From the NCBI GenBank assembly GCA_963543845.1, contig CAUUCL010000001.1, positions 30,037 through 94,036 of the forward strand: DNA of 64,000 nt, in the 5' to 3' direction. Positions 19,385 through 28,311 of this stretch are shown piece after piece. How positions within the stretch are numbered: the first letter of the stretch is position 1; every line of letters begins with the position of its first letter. The position numbers and the translations under genes were made by a program. The notes below the pieces were generated by a model. That model was given only the letters and a program-made list of their open reading frames with translations. It was not told the DNA's origin and did not search any database. The DNA is from an uncultured Acholeplasmataceae bacterium (GTDB lineage: Bacteria; Bacillota_I; Bacilli_A; Acholeplasmatales; Acholeplasmataceae).

Positions 19385-19900
19385 ATGAATGAAGATTTAA
19401 ATTTAAACGAGAGCACTAATCAAGAAAACATTCAAGAAAATAATTCAAGCAATCAAAATAATCAATTTTCAAATGATGAAAACAATACATCAAGCAATAA
19501 TCAAAGAATTAGATCTATAAAACTTGCTTGTTCAATTTATACAATTATAATTGCATCATTATCAATACTAGGTGGCTTTACTAGTCTTAAAAATCAAATG
19601 GCTGGTGGTATTATTAATATTTTGATGAACGGTGGAATTTTAGCAACTGCTGCTGTAATGCTAGATTTTAGTATAAAAAATAAACCTGTTAGAGGATTTG
19701 CAATAGCACTTTTAATTATTTATAGCATTCTCTCATTTGCTGCACTTATGATAGGTTTTTATATTATTTTAGTAGGTGGCATACTTGATGTGATTGCCAT
19801 TGCAACATCATTTTTAGCAATTATATTCTTTTTCTTAATTGCCTTATATATTCCGATAATTGTGCTTTCTTCACTTATTTTAAAAAATAAAAGAGGTTAA
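19385..19900 (+). CDS. membrane protein with an Asn/Gln-rich N-terminal tail, unknown function
   Basis: 171 aa. About 45 aa of low-complexity N/Q/E-rich head, then 4 predicted TM helices. SD present. Confidence 0.6.
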   Translation: MNEDLNLNESTNQENIQENNSSNQNNQFSNDENNTSSNNQRIRSIKLACSIYTIIIASLSILGGFTSLKNQMAGGIINILMNGGILATAAVMLDFSIKNKPVRGFAIALLIIYSILSFAALMIGFYIILVGGILDVIAIATSFLAIIFFFLIALYIPIIVLSSLILKNKRG

Positions 19901-19903
19901 AAT

Positions 19904-20434
19904 ATGGAAAATTTAGAAATAAAAGAAGAATTAAATGATATTAGCAATAATATAGAAAATAATGATTTAGGTTCAAAGCAAAATAAAAGAATTGTTCAAA
20001 AAGTATCTGCTATTTTCACCCTTGTTGTGTCAGTTATATATTTTGCAATTAGTTCTGTGAATATATACTTTTCTAGTAACAATATATTTATTATATTTAA
20101 TACCCTAATTGCCATTTCACTAATTCCAGTATCAGCAATACTTACTGCTTTTACTTTTAAAAATAAAAAGATTATGCCATTTTTAATTGCCACTCTTTCA
20201 ATTTGCTTAGTCTTATTTTTAAGTATTTTTATAAGATATATGTTCCTTGTCTCAGTTGGAACACCAATTGGTTTTTCAGTAATTTCATGGCTATATAATA
20301 CAAATAGTTTTGGAATAGGTGTTCTTGCACTTTATTTAGTTTGGGCGCAGCCTCTTGCATTTTCTTTATTTATTACTCCTATAACTCTTGGAATTATTGC
20401 AATTTGTAAAGAATGTAAAATAGCAAAACAATAA
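19904..20434 (+). CDS. membrane protein, same architecture as the upstream gene, unknown function
   Basis: 176 aa. Acidic/Asn-rich head then 4-5 TM helices. 3-nt spacing from the upstream gene. Confidence 0.6.
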   Translation: MENLEIKEELNDISNNIENNDLGSKQNKRIVQKVSAIFTLVVSVIYFAISSVNIYFSSNNIFIIFNTLIAISLIPVSAILTAFTFKNKKIMPFLIATLSICLVLFLSIFIRYMFLVSVGTPIGFSVISWLYNTNSFGIGVLALYLVWAQPLAFSLFITPITLGIIAICKECKIAKQ

Positions 20435-20442
20435 TCTAAAAT

Positions 20443-20466
20443 AAAAATGGGCTAACGCCCATTTTT
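20443..20466. terminator. bidirectional terminator between convergent genes
   Basis: AAAAATGGGC-TAAC-GCCCATTTTT perfect hairpin with A/T runs on both sides. It overlaps the yneF stop codon. Confidence 0.65.
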
Positions 20467-20722
20467 ATTTTTTCTTTGTTTTATTTGCTTCCATCTCTCT
20501 CATTACTGCTCTTACTTGTTTTTCTGATGGAGTTCTTCCCATTTGTTGCATCATTGCTCTTATCATATTTTCATTGATTGGTGGATTTTTATCAAGGTAT
20601 TTTTTAATAACTGTTCTTGCTACAAAAAATCCTGCAATAAAACTTGCTAAAATAAGTAAAATCGGAATAAAAATTAAAACATATAAATTAACTTCTACTA
20701 ATGCATTTATTTTTAAAATCAT
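20465..20722 (-). CDS. yneF: UPF0154 family membrane protein YneF
   Basis: 85 aa. Single TM plus KKYLDKNPPINENMIRAMMQQMGRTPSEKQV, the YneF signature. Confidence 0.8.
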   Translation of the reverse strand: MILKINALVEVNLYVLIFIPILLILASFIAGFFVARTVIKKYLDKNPPINENMIRAMMQQMGRTPSEKQVRAVMREMEANKTKKK

Positions 20723-20723
20723 A

Positions 20724-21260
20724 TTATCTCCTTTTTAAATATATTATTTTATTTTCACTGTATTCTTTTTCCTTAATAATATCGTATATTAAAGGAATTT
20801 CAAACTCTATTTTTTTTAATGTCTCAATAACAATTATTGAGCTATTTTTTATAATACCTTCTAATTTTACTAAAACATCACTGTATAAATTATCATGATA
20901 AGGTGGATCTATAAATACTATATCAAATTTAATACCATCTAATTTTAAACTTTCTAAAAGGTCTTTATAATCTTGCTTAAATAATTTAAAATTTTTAAAC
21001 TCAAGATTATCTAAGTTCTCCTTTATTATCTTATAACATTTAAAATCCTTATCATTTATATAGGATAACTTAGCCATTCGGCTTAAAGCCTCAAGTGAGT
21101 ATCCACCAGAGCCTGCAAATATATCAAGAGTTGTTAAATTTGTAACATCTCCCAATGTATTAAATACAGCCTCTCTTATCTTATCCATCGTAGGTCTTGT
21201 TGTGCTTGATTTAATAAATTTAATTTCTCTTGATTTTTTTAATCCCGATATTATTCTCAT
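20724..21260 (-). CDS. rsmD: 16S rRNA (guanine966-N2)-methyltransferase RsmD
   Basis: 178 aa. TRPTMDKIREAVFN and FIDPPY motifs. Confidence 0.88.
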   Translation of the reverse strand: MRIISGLKKSREIKFIKSSTTRPTMDKIREAVFNTLGDVTNLTTLDIFAGSGGYSLEALSRMAKLSYINDKDFKCYKIIKENLDNLEFKNFKLFKQDYKDLLESLKLDGIKFDIVFIDPPYHDNLYSDVLVKLEGIIKNSSIIVIETLKKIEFEIPLIYDIIKEKEYSENKIIYLKRR

Positions 21261-22327
21261 TAAAATTTTAAAATATTAGAAACTACCCTCTCGTCAAGTT
21301 TTAAAACTAGTTTTTCTAAAAGGTTAACAGTTTCCACAAAGTCGCTGTAAGATATAACTGATGTATGTGAGTGGATATATCTTGCAGGAATTAAAACTGA
21401 AATTACTGCAGCACCACTTTTTGCATATTGCATTCTTGCAGCATCTGTTTGCCCACCTGCAAGATATGATAGCTGGTATTTAATGTTATTTTCTTTTGCA
21501 ACTTTAATAACTTCTTCTTTTAATTTTTGATTTGGAATTAAACCACCATCATAAAAAATTATTTGTGGCCCCTTTCCAAGCTCTTCACCATTTGAATTAT
21601 CATTACCTGGTAAATCAGTTGCAAGACCTGAATCAACAGCAATTGCAATATCAGGGTTTACCATATAAGATGCAGTCTGTGCCCCACGAAGTCCAACTTC
21701 CTCTTGAACTGTGAAAGTAAAATCAAGTTCTTTATCTTTAGTATTTTTTAATCTTTTAGCAAGAGCTAATATAGCAGCTGTTCCAATTCTATTATCCCAT
21801 GCTTTTCCAAGAAGAAAATCTCCATTTGCAAGTTTGGCAAAACTTTGCTTTGGAGTAGCAAAAGATCCAACATTTATCCCTAGATTTAAAACTTCATCTC
21901 TTGATGATACTCCTAAATCAAGATACATATCATTTATGCTAACTGGTTTTTCTTTTTTCTCTTTTGATAAAATATGCGGAGGAGTTGAGCCTGTAACTGC
22001 AATAAACTCCTCGCCATTTTTACCTTCAACAAGCCATTCATGAGATAGCATAACTTGTGAGTACCATCCGCCAATTGGCTGAACTTTTAAAAATCCTTTA
22101 TCGGTTATCTCTCTTACCATTAAGCCAACCTCATCCATATGAGCTGCTAGCATAATCTTAGGACCTACTCCTTTATTTTTTGTGTAGATTTGTGAACCTA
22201 GATTACAAGTACTTTTTTCTAAATTCTCATCCTTTAAATAATTTTCAATGTATCTTGCAACTTTTTTCTCATTTCCAGATACACCAGATATTTCAGATAC
22301 TTCTTTTAATAAATTTAAATATTCCAT
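21260..22327 (-). CDS. M42 family metallopeptidase (glutamyl aminopeptidase / YsdC-like)
   Basis: 355 aa. AHMDEVG and VQEEVGLRGA motifs. Confidence 0.88.
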   Translation of the reverse strand: MEYLNLLKEVSEISGVSGNEKKVARYIENYLKDENLEKSTCNLGSQIYTKNKGVGPKIMLAAHMDEVGLMVREITDKGFLKVQPIGGWYSQVMLSHEWLVEGKNGEEFIAVTGSTPPHILSKEKKEKPVSINDMYLDLGVSSRDEVLNLGINVGSFATPKQSFAKLANGDFLLGKAWDNRIGTAAILALAKRLKNTKDKELDFTFTVQEEVGLRGAQTASYMVNPDIAIAVDSGLATDLPGNDNSNGEELGKGPQIIFYDGGLIPNQKLKEEVIKVAKENNIKYQLSYLAGGQTDAARMQYAKSGAAVISVLIPARYIHSHTSVISYSDFVETVNLLEKLVLKLDERVVSNILKF

Positions 22328-22343
22328 ATTATCACCTTTTCTA

Positions 22344-23828
22344 TTATATAATAATTTTTTTATTTGGATACTTTACTACAATTCTTAGATACTCACCATT
22401 TTTTTGCTCAGCTGAAAGAAGTAACTTTCTAATTAAAACTTCTATTTTATAATTATCGTTTCTTGATACAAACTGAGTTTCAACGATTTTTTCCATATTA
22501 GATAATAAATATATATAAGATAGATTTTCCTCTTGAAATTTTAAAAGGTCAATATTATTTTCAAAGTGGAAAAAAAGTGAGATAATGACTGACTTTCTAA
22601 GTTCAATCTCTTTTAAATAGTTGGCACTTTTTATAGCTCTTTGAATAATATAGTTTTTATCTTTTGAAAACTCTCTTGGATAAACAATGTTTTCCTCATC
22701 TACGATAGTATTTATTAAAATATCACTAGTTGATAGATTATTAGATAAATACTTTGCAAATTTTTTAGGTTTTCTATAATCTCTTGTTTTAAAGCAGGTA
22801 AAAAGTTTAATCTCATTTTTAAATATTTTATAGCCTGTAATTATAAATTTATGATAGTTTGAATAAATTAAGAATTTTTTAAAATGCATTTTAAAGTAGT
22901 CATAATCACATCTTATCTGATATATTCCAATTAACTTATAGCCACTAAGATATATATATGGCTCATAAAGAGCATTAGCAACAGTCTTTTCGCCTTTTTC
23001 TGAGATATACTCATACTCATGAAAGGTAACTCTTCTAAAGTAAAATATTACATGCGCAATAATTAAAACTAAAAGCGCTAAGGATAAAATTGAAAAAAGT
23101 ATTATTTTAACTTTAAATGAAAGTGACTCAGGGCTTGCACTATATACAACAAATAATAAAAAGGGAATAGAGAATAAATTTAAAAATCTAAAGCATGAGT
23201 TAAATGATTTTTCTTTAACTAAATACCCTGATATTAAAAGTACTAATATTATATAACTTACCATTATAAGATTTATATAAGGAAGTTTTAAAAAATCCCT
23301 GTAAGGAACACCATAGTAAAATGAGACAAAAATTGCAAATGAGATCATAATTGATGATGTTATATTTCTTAAAAAATGATAAAAATGATTTTTATTATAA
23401 AGAGAAAGTGATACTGAGTGAAATATTTTTTTCATCTCATTAGTGTATGAATAGAAAATATACTCATCATCTTTTACTATATTTCTAAATTCTGTTTTAG
23501 TATTTTCTTTAAACTTTTCCTTTAAAAATCTTTCAAAAAATCTAAGTGGATTTAAAACAAACAAAATAGCCCCGAGTGCCATTATGATAAGCTCATACTT
23601 ATATAAAGCATATATTAAAATGGAAATTAAAAGCGCATAAAATAGGCTTATTATAAGTTTAGAAAATCCTCCAAGAAAAAATGTTGTCATAATTAAAAGA
23701 CATATTATATATGAGTATATATATGCTCTTATAGAATAGTTTTTAACATAAATAATTAAAAGCGGCAATGCAATTGTCGCTAGTAAAATTATTGTTAAAG
23801 ATACAATAAGTCTTCTTTTTAAATTCAT
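22344..23828 (-). CDS. polytopic membrane protein with an approximately 220-aa cytoplasmic C-terminal domain, unknown function
   Basis: 494 aa. About 9 hydrophobic helices. No recognisable motif. 1-nt overlap with the upstream gene. Confidence 0.55.
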   Translation of the reverse strand: MNLKRRLIVSLTIILLATIALPLLIIYVKNYSIRAYIYSYIICLLIMTTFFLGGFSKLIISLFYALLISILIYALYKYELIIMALGAILFVLNPLRFFERFLKEKFKENTKTEFRNIVKDDEYIFYSYTNEMKKIFHSVSLSLYNKNHFYHFLRNITSSIMISFAIFVSFYYGVPYRDFLKLPYINLIMVSYIILVLLISGYLVKEKSFNSCFRFLNLFSIPFLLFVVYSASPESLSFKVKIILFSILSLALLVLIIAHVIFYFRRVTFHEYEYISEKGEKTVANALYEPYIYLSGYKLIGIYQIRCDYDYFKMHFKKFLIYSNYHKFIITGYKIFKNEIKLFTCFKTRDYRKPKKFAKYLSNNLSTSDILINTIVDEENIVYPREFSKDKNYIIQRAIKSANYLKEIELRKSVIISLFFHFENNIDLLKFQEENLSYIYLLSNMEKIVETQFVSRNDNYKIEVLIRKLLLSAEQKNGEYLRIVVKYPNKKIII

Positions 23829-24328
23829 TAGTTTATATAACTATTATCCTTTTGGATTTGCTCTTCCATAACTTTAAGTGGAATTTTAACTCTATTTTTT
23901 ATTGCAACATATAAATTTATAAAAATTGTAATAACTGATAAAAGAGCCATTACTCCACCTAATAGGTAGTATGTTAAAGACATATAAAAATTATTTAGTT
24001 TAAGATTGCTATTTCTTTCAAGAAATATAAAAATTAAGTATACCAAAAATAATACTAAATAAATATATGTTATAACCATATTTACATAATCATATTTACT
24101 ATCATATTTTACCGATTCATCTTTTTTGTAAAATGTACTAAATGAAAATATCACAACTAAAATCAAAGCAATCACGCTACCGTATAATATTTTATATAAA
24201 AGATTATTTTCTCCCATTTTAGTAAAGATTGAAAAAATTGCAATCGTTAAAAAAAGAAAGTTATACATAAGTACTACTATCATTGTTTTTAAACTAATAT
24301 ATTCTTTTATTTCTTTTTTTCCTAACAT
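23828..24328 (-). CDS. small polytopic membrane protein, unknown function (start revised)
   Basis: The track start (GTG 24394) lies upstream of a strong terminator and a TGCTATAAT box. ATG 24328 (MLGKKEIKEY...) gives 166 aa with 4 TM helices. Confidence 0.5.
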   Translation of the reverse strand: MLGKKEIKEYISLKTMIVVLMYNFLFLTIAIFSIFTKMGENNLLYKILYGSVIALILVVIFSFSTFYKKDESVKYDSKYDYVNMVITYIYLVLFLVYLIFIFLERNSNLKLNNFYMSLTYYLLGGVMALLSVITIFINLYVAIKNRVKIPLKVMEEQIQKDNSYIN

Positions 24329-24334
24329 ATACTT

Positions 24335-24343
24335 ATTATAGCA
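24335..24343 (-). promoter_or_regulatory. extended -10 promoter, probable leaderless transcript
   Basis: Minus strand TGCTATAAT followed by AAGTAT and then ATG 24328. No SD. Confidence 0.4.
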
Positions 24344-24364
24344 TTTTTGTAAGTTTATTAAAAA

Positions 24365-24388
24365 AATCCAAGTTTTAAAACTTGGATT
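24365..24388 (-). terminator. leuS terminator
   Basis: Perfect palindrome AATCCAAGTTT/AAACTTGGATT followed by seven T on the minus strand, immediately after the leuS TGA. Confidence 0.7.
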
Positions 24389-24390
24389 AA

Positions 24391-26802
24391 TCACTTACAA
24401 ACAAAATTTACCAATTTATGAGGAACATAAATTACCTTGATAATTTCTTTTCCTTCAAGGTTTAGTTTAGTATTAGAATCTAATTTAGCAATACTAATAA
24501 CTTCATCTTTAGATAAATTTAAGCTAACCATTTTCTTCCCGCGAAGTTTTCCGTTAACCTGAAAAACAACTAATGCTTCATCTTTTTCTAATATTTTACT
24601 ATTTTCTAAAGGAAACTTCTCATCTAAAAGTTCAGTCTTATTTTTTAATACTTCTTTGTTTAACTCCTCAGTTAAATGAGGGCAAATTGGATTAAGTAAA
24701 ATTAAAAATAATCTTGCTTGCTCAGGTGATATTTTTTTAATTTTATATACCTCATTAACAAATATCATCATCTGACTTATTGCAGTGTTAAATTGCAATT
24801 CCTCATAATCAGTTCTAACTTTTTTAATTGTTTCATTTAAAGCAACATCAAGCTCCAAAACTTTGCTAGATGTTAAAAAATCAAACATATTAACTACTCT
24901 ATCAATAAATTTTCTGCTTGCACTAATTCCTTGATCAGTCCATGATTTATCTTGGCTTATTGGTCCCATAAACATCTCATATAATCTTAGAGAATCTGCT
25001 CCATAAGTGTCAATTATCTCATCAGGATTTATAACTCTTCCCTTTGATTTAGACATTTTTTGACCCTCTATTAAAATCATTCCCTGGTTGTATAACTTAT
25101 TAAATGGCTCATCGGATTTAAAATATCCTAGCTCATTCATAAACTTATGCCAAAATCTTGAATAAAGCAAGTGTCCTACAGCATGCTCAGCTCCGCCGAT
25201 ATATAAATCAACTGGCAGCCATTTTGAAAGAATTTCATTAGCTTTTTTACTATTTAAAGAAATAAAACCATCTTTTTCTTTTAAAAGATGACCGATATAA
25301 TACCAAGAACTTCCTGCAAGTTGTGGCATTGTATTTGTATCATAGTGATAATTTTTACCATCTAATTTAAAGTTAAGCCATGATTTAATATTAGCAAGCG
25401 GGCTTTTACCATCTCCACTTGGCTTTATATTTTTAGTCTTTGGTAGAACTAGTGGTAACATTTTATCATCTAACTTATAAATTTTACCTTCTTCATCAAA
25501 GTAAATCGGAAATGGCTCTCCCCAATATCTTTGGCGAGAAAAGACCCAATCACGAAGCTTATAGGTAAATGTTCTTTCTCCCATTTTTAAACTAGATAAT
25601 TTATCAATAACTAACTTTGTAGCATCTTTTATATCTAGACCATTTAAAAAATCAGAATTTATATGTTTTCCATCTAATGCATAAGGAAGTTTAGAATCAT
25701 CTACATCAATTATTTTAGTAATTTCAAGATTAAACTTTTTAGCAAATTCAAAGTCTCTTTCATCATGCGCTGGAACTGCCATTAAGGCACCTTTAGCATA
25801 ATCTGCTAAAACGTAATCTGATATCCAAATTGGAATTTTTTTTCCACTTAAAGGATTTATTGCATATGAGCCTGTGAAAACACCAGTTTTAACTTTATTT
25901 ATTTGTCTTTCAACTGATGATATTTGAGATGCTTTTTTTATATACTCATCGCACTTTTTTTTATGTTCAGCTTTAACTAATTCATTTATAATTAAACTTT
26001 CAGGCGCAACAACTAAATAAGTTACTCCAAAAATAGTGTCTGCTCTTGTTGTAAAAACCTCAACTTTTAACTTTGAGTTTTCAACATTAAATAAAATGTT
26101 AGTCCCCTCTTTTTTACCAATCCAGTTTTTTTGAATATCTTTTATTTTTTCAGGCCATTTTAAATTATCAAGACCTGTAAGAAGTTTATCAGCATAATTA
26201 GTAATTTTTAAAACCCATTGTTTCATTGGCTTTTTATATACTGGGTGATCACCACGTTCTGAAAACATTTCATTATCTTTTGTGTATATTTCATCATTTG
26301 CTAAAACTGTTCCAAGCTTTGGACAAAAATTAACATCAACTTCTTTTAACTCAGCTAAACCATTTTCGTATAATCTCAAAAATATTTCTTGTGTTATTTT
26401 ATAATAGTCTTTATCACAAGTTGCAAATGATTTCTCCCAGTCAACCATCTTACCGATTCTTTTTAATTGCTTTTTAAAATTAGCAATATTTTTATAAGTA
26501 AAATCCTCAGGATCATTTCCTGTTTCAAGCGCATACTGCTCAGCAGGAAGCCCAAAGGCATCAAATCCCATCGGAACAAATACATTATATCCTTGCATTC
26601 TTTTAAATCTTGCATAAATATCAGTTGCTGTATATCCTTCAACATGACCTACATGAAGACCTGATCCACTAGCATATGGAAACATATCAAGAATATACAT
26701 TTTTTTCTTTTTATCAGAAAATAAATCTACATTAAAAAGACCATCATTATACCAATGGTCTTGCCAAAACTTCTCATATTCTAGATGATTTTTTATTTTC
26801 AT
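24391..26802 (-). CDS. leuS: leucyl-tRNA synthetase
   Basis: 803 aa. HIGH (HVGH) and KMSKS motifs. CP1 editing insert present. Confidence 0.97.
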   Translation of the reverse strand: MKIKNHLEYEKFWQDHWYNDGLFNVDLFSDKKKKMYILDMFPYASGSGLHVGHVEGYTATDIYARFKRMQGYNVFVPMGFDAFGLPAEQYALETGNDPEDFTYKNIANFKKQLKRIGKMVDWEKSFATCDKDYYKITQEIFLRLYENGLAELKEVDVNFCPKLGTVLANDEIYTKDNEMFSERGDHPVYKKPMKQWVLKITNYADKLLTGLDNLKWPEKIKDIQKNWIGKKEGTNILFNVENSKLKVEVFTTRADTIFGVTYLVVAPESLIINELVKAEHKKKCDEYIKKASQISSVERQINKVKTGVFTGSYAINPLSGKKIPIWISDYVLADYAKGALMAVPAHDERDFEFAKKFNLEITKIIDVDDSKLPYALDGKHINSDFLNGLDIKDATKLVIDKLSSLKMGERTFTYKLRDWVFSRQRYWGEPFPIYFDEEGKIYKLDDKMLPLVLPKTKNIKPSGDGKSPLANIKSWLNFKLDGKNYHYDTNTMPQLAGSSWYYIGHLLKEKDGFISLNSKKANEILSKWLPVDLYIGGAEHAVGHLLYSRFWHKFMNELGYFKSDEPFNKLYNQGMILIEGQKMSKSKGRVINPDEIIDTYGADSLRLYEMFMGPISQDKSWTDQGISASRKFIDRVVNMFDFLTSSKVLELDVALNETIKKVRTDYEELQFNTAISQMMIFVNEVYKIKKISPEQARLFLILLNPICPHLTEELNKEVLKNKTELLDEKFPLENSKILEKDEALVVFQVNGKLRGKKMVSLNLSKDEVISIAKLDSNTKLNLEGKEIIKVIYVPHKLVNFVCK

Positions 26803-27029
26803 TTTTTAAGTAGTTTATTTATATAATCAACAACGTTTCCAACAGTTTTTAAAGTTGGGATAACATCATCTTCAAAACGGATATTTAACTTTTTCTCAAT
26901 TGCAGTAATTAAGCTTATTGCATCAATTGAGTCAAGCCCTAAATCATTAGTTAAATTAGTATCTAATGACACATCTTTTTTAATTCCTAGCTCATCAAGT
27001 AAAACTTTTTTTAACTCATCTAAATTCAT
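26799..27029 (-). CDS. acpP: acyl carrier protein
   Basis: 76 aa. DLGLDSIDAISL phosphopantetheine-attachment Ser motif. 4-nt overlaps on both sides. Confidence 0.85.
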   Translation of the reverse strand: MNLDELKKVLLDELGIKKDVSLDTNLTNDLGLDSIDAISLITAIEKKLNIRFEDDVIPTLKTVGNVVDYINKLLKK

Positions 27030-27772
27030 AAATTCTCCTTAAGATAGTCTTGTAATTCTTTAAATATTTCATCAACATCGCCTTTAATAAATTTAGCTCC
27101 TGCAAATTTTATATCATCTTTATTTATTAAATACATCTTATCTCCAAGATAATATCTAACAAGCGCACAAGCAGGAAAAACTGAAAGTGATGTTCCAGCG
27201 ATTATTAAAACATCAGCCTTTTCAATTCTATCAACAGCCTCATTAACGACATTAACATCACTTGGCTCTCCATATAAAACTACACTAGGTCTTATCATAA
27301 AGCCTTCCTCATCAACAGGGTAAGGTTTATCTTTTTGATCTAGCAAATATTCAATAGGATATTCTTTTTTTGATTCAACTGAATAATTTTTATAAATTGT
27401 CCCATGTAATTCATAAACATTTTTAGAACCTGCTTTTTGGTGAAGGCCGTCAATGTTTTGAGTAACAATCGCATCAAGTATATTTTTATCCTCCATATAC
27501 TTTAAAGCCTTGTGGCAGTTATTTGGTTTGGCGTCTAAATATACTAAATTATCAAAATAAAACTTGAAAAACTTTTCTGGATTTGAGTAAAGAAAATCTT
27601 TTGAAAGAATTTCTTCAACTGGTATTTCGTTGTTCTCTCTTATAAGTCCATTTGCGGACCTAAAATCAGGAATTCCACTTTTTGTGGAAACTCCAGCTCC
27701 TCCGAAAAATACTATTTTTTTAGAATTTAGACAATCTTTAAAAAATTCAGTTTTTATATTTTTTTCATTCAT
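27026..27772 (-). CDS. cobB: NAD-dependent protein deacylase (sirtuin) lacking the Zn-ribbon cysteines
   Basis: 248 aa. GAGVSTKSGIPDFRS, TQNIDGLH and catalytic ELHGT. No CxxC...CxxC between ELHGT and RPSVVLYGE. Confidence 0.88.
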   Translation of the reverse strand: MNEKNIKTEFFKDCLNSKKIVFFGGAGVSTKSGIPDFRSANGLIRENNEIPVEEILSKDFLYSNPEKFFKFYFDNLVYLDAKPNNCHKALKYMEDKNILDAIVTQNIDGLHQKAGSKNVYELHGTIYKNYSVESKKEYPIEYLLDQKDKPYPVDEEGFMIRPSVVLYGEPSDVNVVNEAVDRIEKADVLIIAGTSLSVFPACALVRYYLGDKMYLINKDDIKFAGAKFIKGDVDEIFKELQDYLKENL

Positions 27773-27925
27773 ATATTTATTATACTATCTTTTAAAATTT
27801 TATATTAAATATAACTTTAATTTTTAACTTTTTAGTTAAATATCTTACTATATCTTATTTATTGGGTATTATTTATAGTGCTATTTCATTTTTACAAAAT
27901 TAGTTTTAAACTTTATAATAAAAAA

Positions 27926-27948
27926 ATCAGCCAATTTTTCTGGCTGAT
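27926..27948. terminator. bidirectional-looking terminator after the P-II-like gene
   Basis: ATCAGCCA-ATTTTTC-TGGCTGAT flanked by A6 and T8 runs. Confidence 0.6.
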
Positions 27949-27960
27949 TTTTTTTATAAA

Positions 27961-28311
27961 TTACTTATGTGGTTTTAATAAGAATATATCATCAACGGGA
28001 ACTGAGAACATAAATCCAATTGCTGGTTTTTTAGATGGATTAACTATTTCTCTAATCGCCTTTACAACACTTTCTACTTTTTCCTTTTTTAAAACTGTAA
28101 ATATAGTTTTATTATTTCGTCCTTGATCAGCTAAGTTTCTTTGAAAAGGGCCATTGAAAAATAGTTTTGAGCCACTTTCAGATCCAAGTATTGCCTGTGC
28201 AAGTCCTTGTGAGTCAAGAACGGTTGCACCTTTAATATCAAGTGAGACAAACTCTTCAAGTATATCTTCAAGATAGTCTAAATCATTTAAAATTATAAAT
28301 AATGCTTTCAT
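27961..28311 (-). CDS. small P-II-like (GlnB-fold) regulatory protein, putative
   Basis: 116 aa. MKALFIILND...L.......GATV.DS.G... pattern of P-II-like proteins. TAATG overlap with the antiporter gene. Confidence 0.45.
   Translation of the reverse strand: MKALFIILNDLDYLEDILEEFVSLDIKGATVLDSQGLAQAILGSESGSKLFFNGPFQRNLADQGRNNKTIFTVLKKEKVESVVKAIREIVNPSKKPAIGFMFSVPVDDIFLLKPHK

Noticed and set aside
24329-24394. GTG-initiated 22-codon N-terminal extension of the 188-aa ORF overlapping the leuS stop
   Set aside because: The extension contains the leuS terminator hairpin plus T7 and a TGCTATAAT promoter, so the gene most likely starts at ATG 24328.
27026-27772. SIR2-domain protein as a Thoeris/DSR-type defence effector
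   Set aside because: It has the canonical deacylase motifs (GAGVSTKSGIPDFRS, ELHGT) and a CobB-like size. There is no SLOG, TIR or other defence partner, and it is embedded in a housekeeping operon with ACP and leuS.
27773-27925. Possible T-box leader controlling leuS
   Set aside because: leuS is the third gene of an overlapping operon. The ~150-nt upstream region is almost pure A/T, with no specifier-loop or T-box (AGGGTGGTACCGCG-like) sequence and no terminator/antiterminator pair.
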